Source of the DNA: Mobula hypostoma
Taxonomy: Eukaryota
NCBI RefSeq assembly: GCF_963921235.1
Contig: NC_086097.1
Location: 92,196,001 to 92,260,000 of the forward strand
Direction of reading: 5' to 3'
DNA length: 64,000 bases
The stretch's first letter is position 1; every line of letters begins with the position of its first letter. Positions 62,691-64,000 of this stretch are shown here, piece after piece. Made by a program: the position numbers and the translations under genes. The notes below the pieces were generated by a model. The model searched no databases. It saw only the letters and a list, made by a program, of their open reading frames with translations, and had not been told where the DNA came from.

Positions 62691-62829
62691 GACTCCCAAC
62701 CTCTGGAATTCTCTGACTGAACTCTTCCTCTCCTACCTTCTGAATAGATCTCAAGGAGAAATTTAAATTATTAATATTTAGTTGTCTTCTGGGAACTAGA
62801 GAACAAAGCAGCACAAGAAATAGAAGCAG

Positions 62830-63040
62830 GATGGCACTGCAGGGCAGGCCGCTGACTCTGTGCTCTTGTAACCTGGGTTCAATCCAGACTTCCAGCGTTC
62901 TGTGTGTGGAGTCTGCCTGTGTTTCCCTCGTATGCTCCACTTCCATCCCACATCCCAAAGGTGTGTGGATTGGTGAGCTAATTGACCCCTGTAAATTGTC
63001 CCCGCTCTTTAGGTGAGTGATAGAATCAGGGATGGGAGTG
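62830..63040 (+). mobile_element. V-SINE-like element
   Basis: GGGTTCAATCC B box; TGTGTGGAG...CCCACATCCCAAAG core. Confidence 0.65.
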
Positions 63041-63374
63041 AGGGTGTTGTTTGTTTATCTACTTGACTATCTATCTATCAAGACAGTACAGAACAGACCC
63101 TCCCGGCCCTTTGAGCCACGCCGTCCAGCAACCCCTGACTTAACCCTAGCCTAATCACAGGACAATTACAACGACCAATTAACCTACCAACCAGTACCTC
63201 CTTGGACTGTGGGAGGAAACCAGAGCTTGTTGGTCAGCAGGAATTTGCAGGGTTAAAGGGCTTGTTTCTGCACTGTATGACTCTATGACAATGGGAGGAA
63301 GCTATTCATTCAATGAGTCCAACTGGCTATCAGAGCAATTCAATAAATCCCATTCGCCTAATTCTGTCACTTAA

Positions 63375-63885
63375 CCTGCTCTCCAAAAGCAGCACCTCTG
63401 TTCCTTAGAAGCTTGCAAACATTTGGCATGACATCTAAAGTGTTGACTAACTTTTATAGTTGTATGGTGGAAAGTGTATTGACTGGTTGTATCATGGCCT
63501 GCTATGGAAACACCAATGCCCTTGAATGAAAATCCTACAAATAGTGGATACTGCATAGTGCATCACGGGTAAAGCCCTCCCCAGCTCTGAGCACACCTAC
63601 ACGAGCATTGTTGCATTGGTGCATCCATCATCAGGGTACCCTACCACCCTGATCATGCTCTCTTCTCGCTCCCTGCCATTGGAAAGACAGGAGCCTCAGG
63701 ACCAAGATCACCAGGTCCAGGAACAGTTATTGGCCCTCAATCATCAGGCGTCTGAACCAAAGCAGTTATCTTCACTTGGCCGATCACTGAACTGTTCTAT
63801 AACCTATAGACTTACTTTTAAGGACTCTTCATCTCATGTGCTCGATATTCATTGCTCATTTATTTATTGTTATTACTTCTTTCTC
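63375..63885 (+). mobile_element. Rex/Babar-like LINE 3' fragment
   Basis: LTNFYSCMVESVLTGCIMACYGN-type (DUF1891-like) motif and TR..NSY region. Confidence 0.7.
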
Positions 63886-64000
63886 CCCCTGCCTCTGCAA
63901 CTAATGGGCTCCTAGATTGGGTGAGGCCATGGAGTCACTTCCATGAAATTCCGTTTTGAATGTTATTTGCTTACTTTTATTGTCTACATTAATTGTTTTT

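Overview
Eukaryotic, repeat-dominated, apparently gene-free DNA. The repeat content (CR1, Rex/Babar, Penelope, V-/Deu-type SINEs) suggests a cartilaginous fish; this is an inference. Bases 1-18742 are a ~37-38 bp C/A-rich satellite (consensus AAATCACTAGTAATCCTGTACACAGTCACACTCCCCC) with multi-monomer block duplications. It is interrupted by a complete but internally eroded Gmr1-type Gypsy LTR element (860-5804; SCAN-like gag, tRNA-Pro PBS, 4-bp TSD), two solo LTRs (10115-11070, 11757-13052) and a truncated CR1. The remaining ~45 kb is a nested mosaic of CR1 LINEs (one near full length), hAT and Tc1/mariner transposons and MITEs, L1 and Rex/Babar tails, SINEs and Penelope derivatives. The most notable signal is a family of short (~180-230 bp) fold-back insertions with long TSDs, built around a minimal hammerhead-ribozyme motif (CAGTC-CTGAYGA-AGGGTYYCGGCCC-GAAAC-GTC-GACTG). 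A separate hammerhead-like fold sits in apparently unique DNA at 40463-40519. No host protein-coding gene, rRNA, genuine tRNA or CRISPR was recognised. All coordinates and similarities were read by eye; family names come from motif recognition, not database searches.
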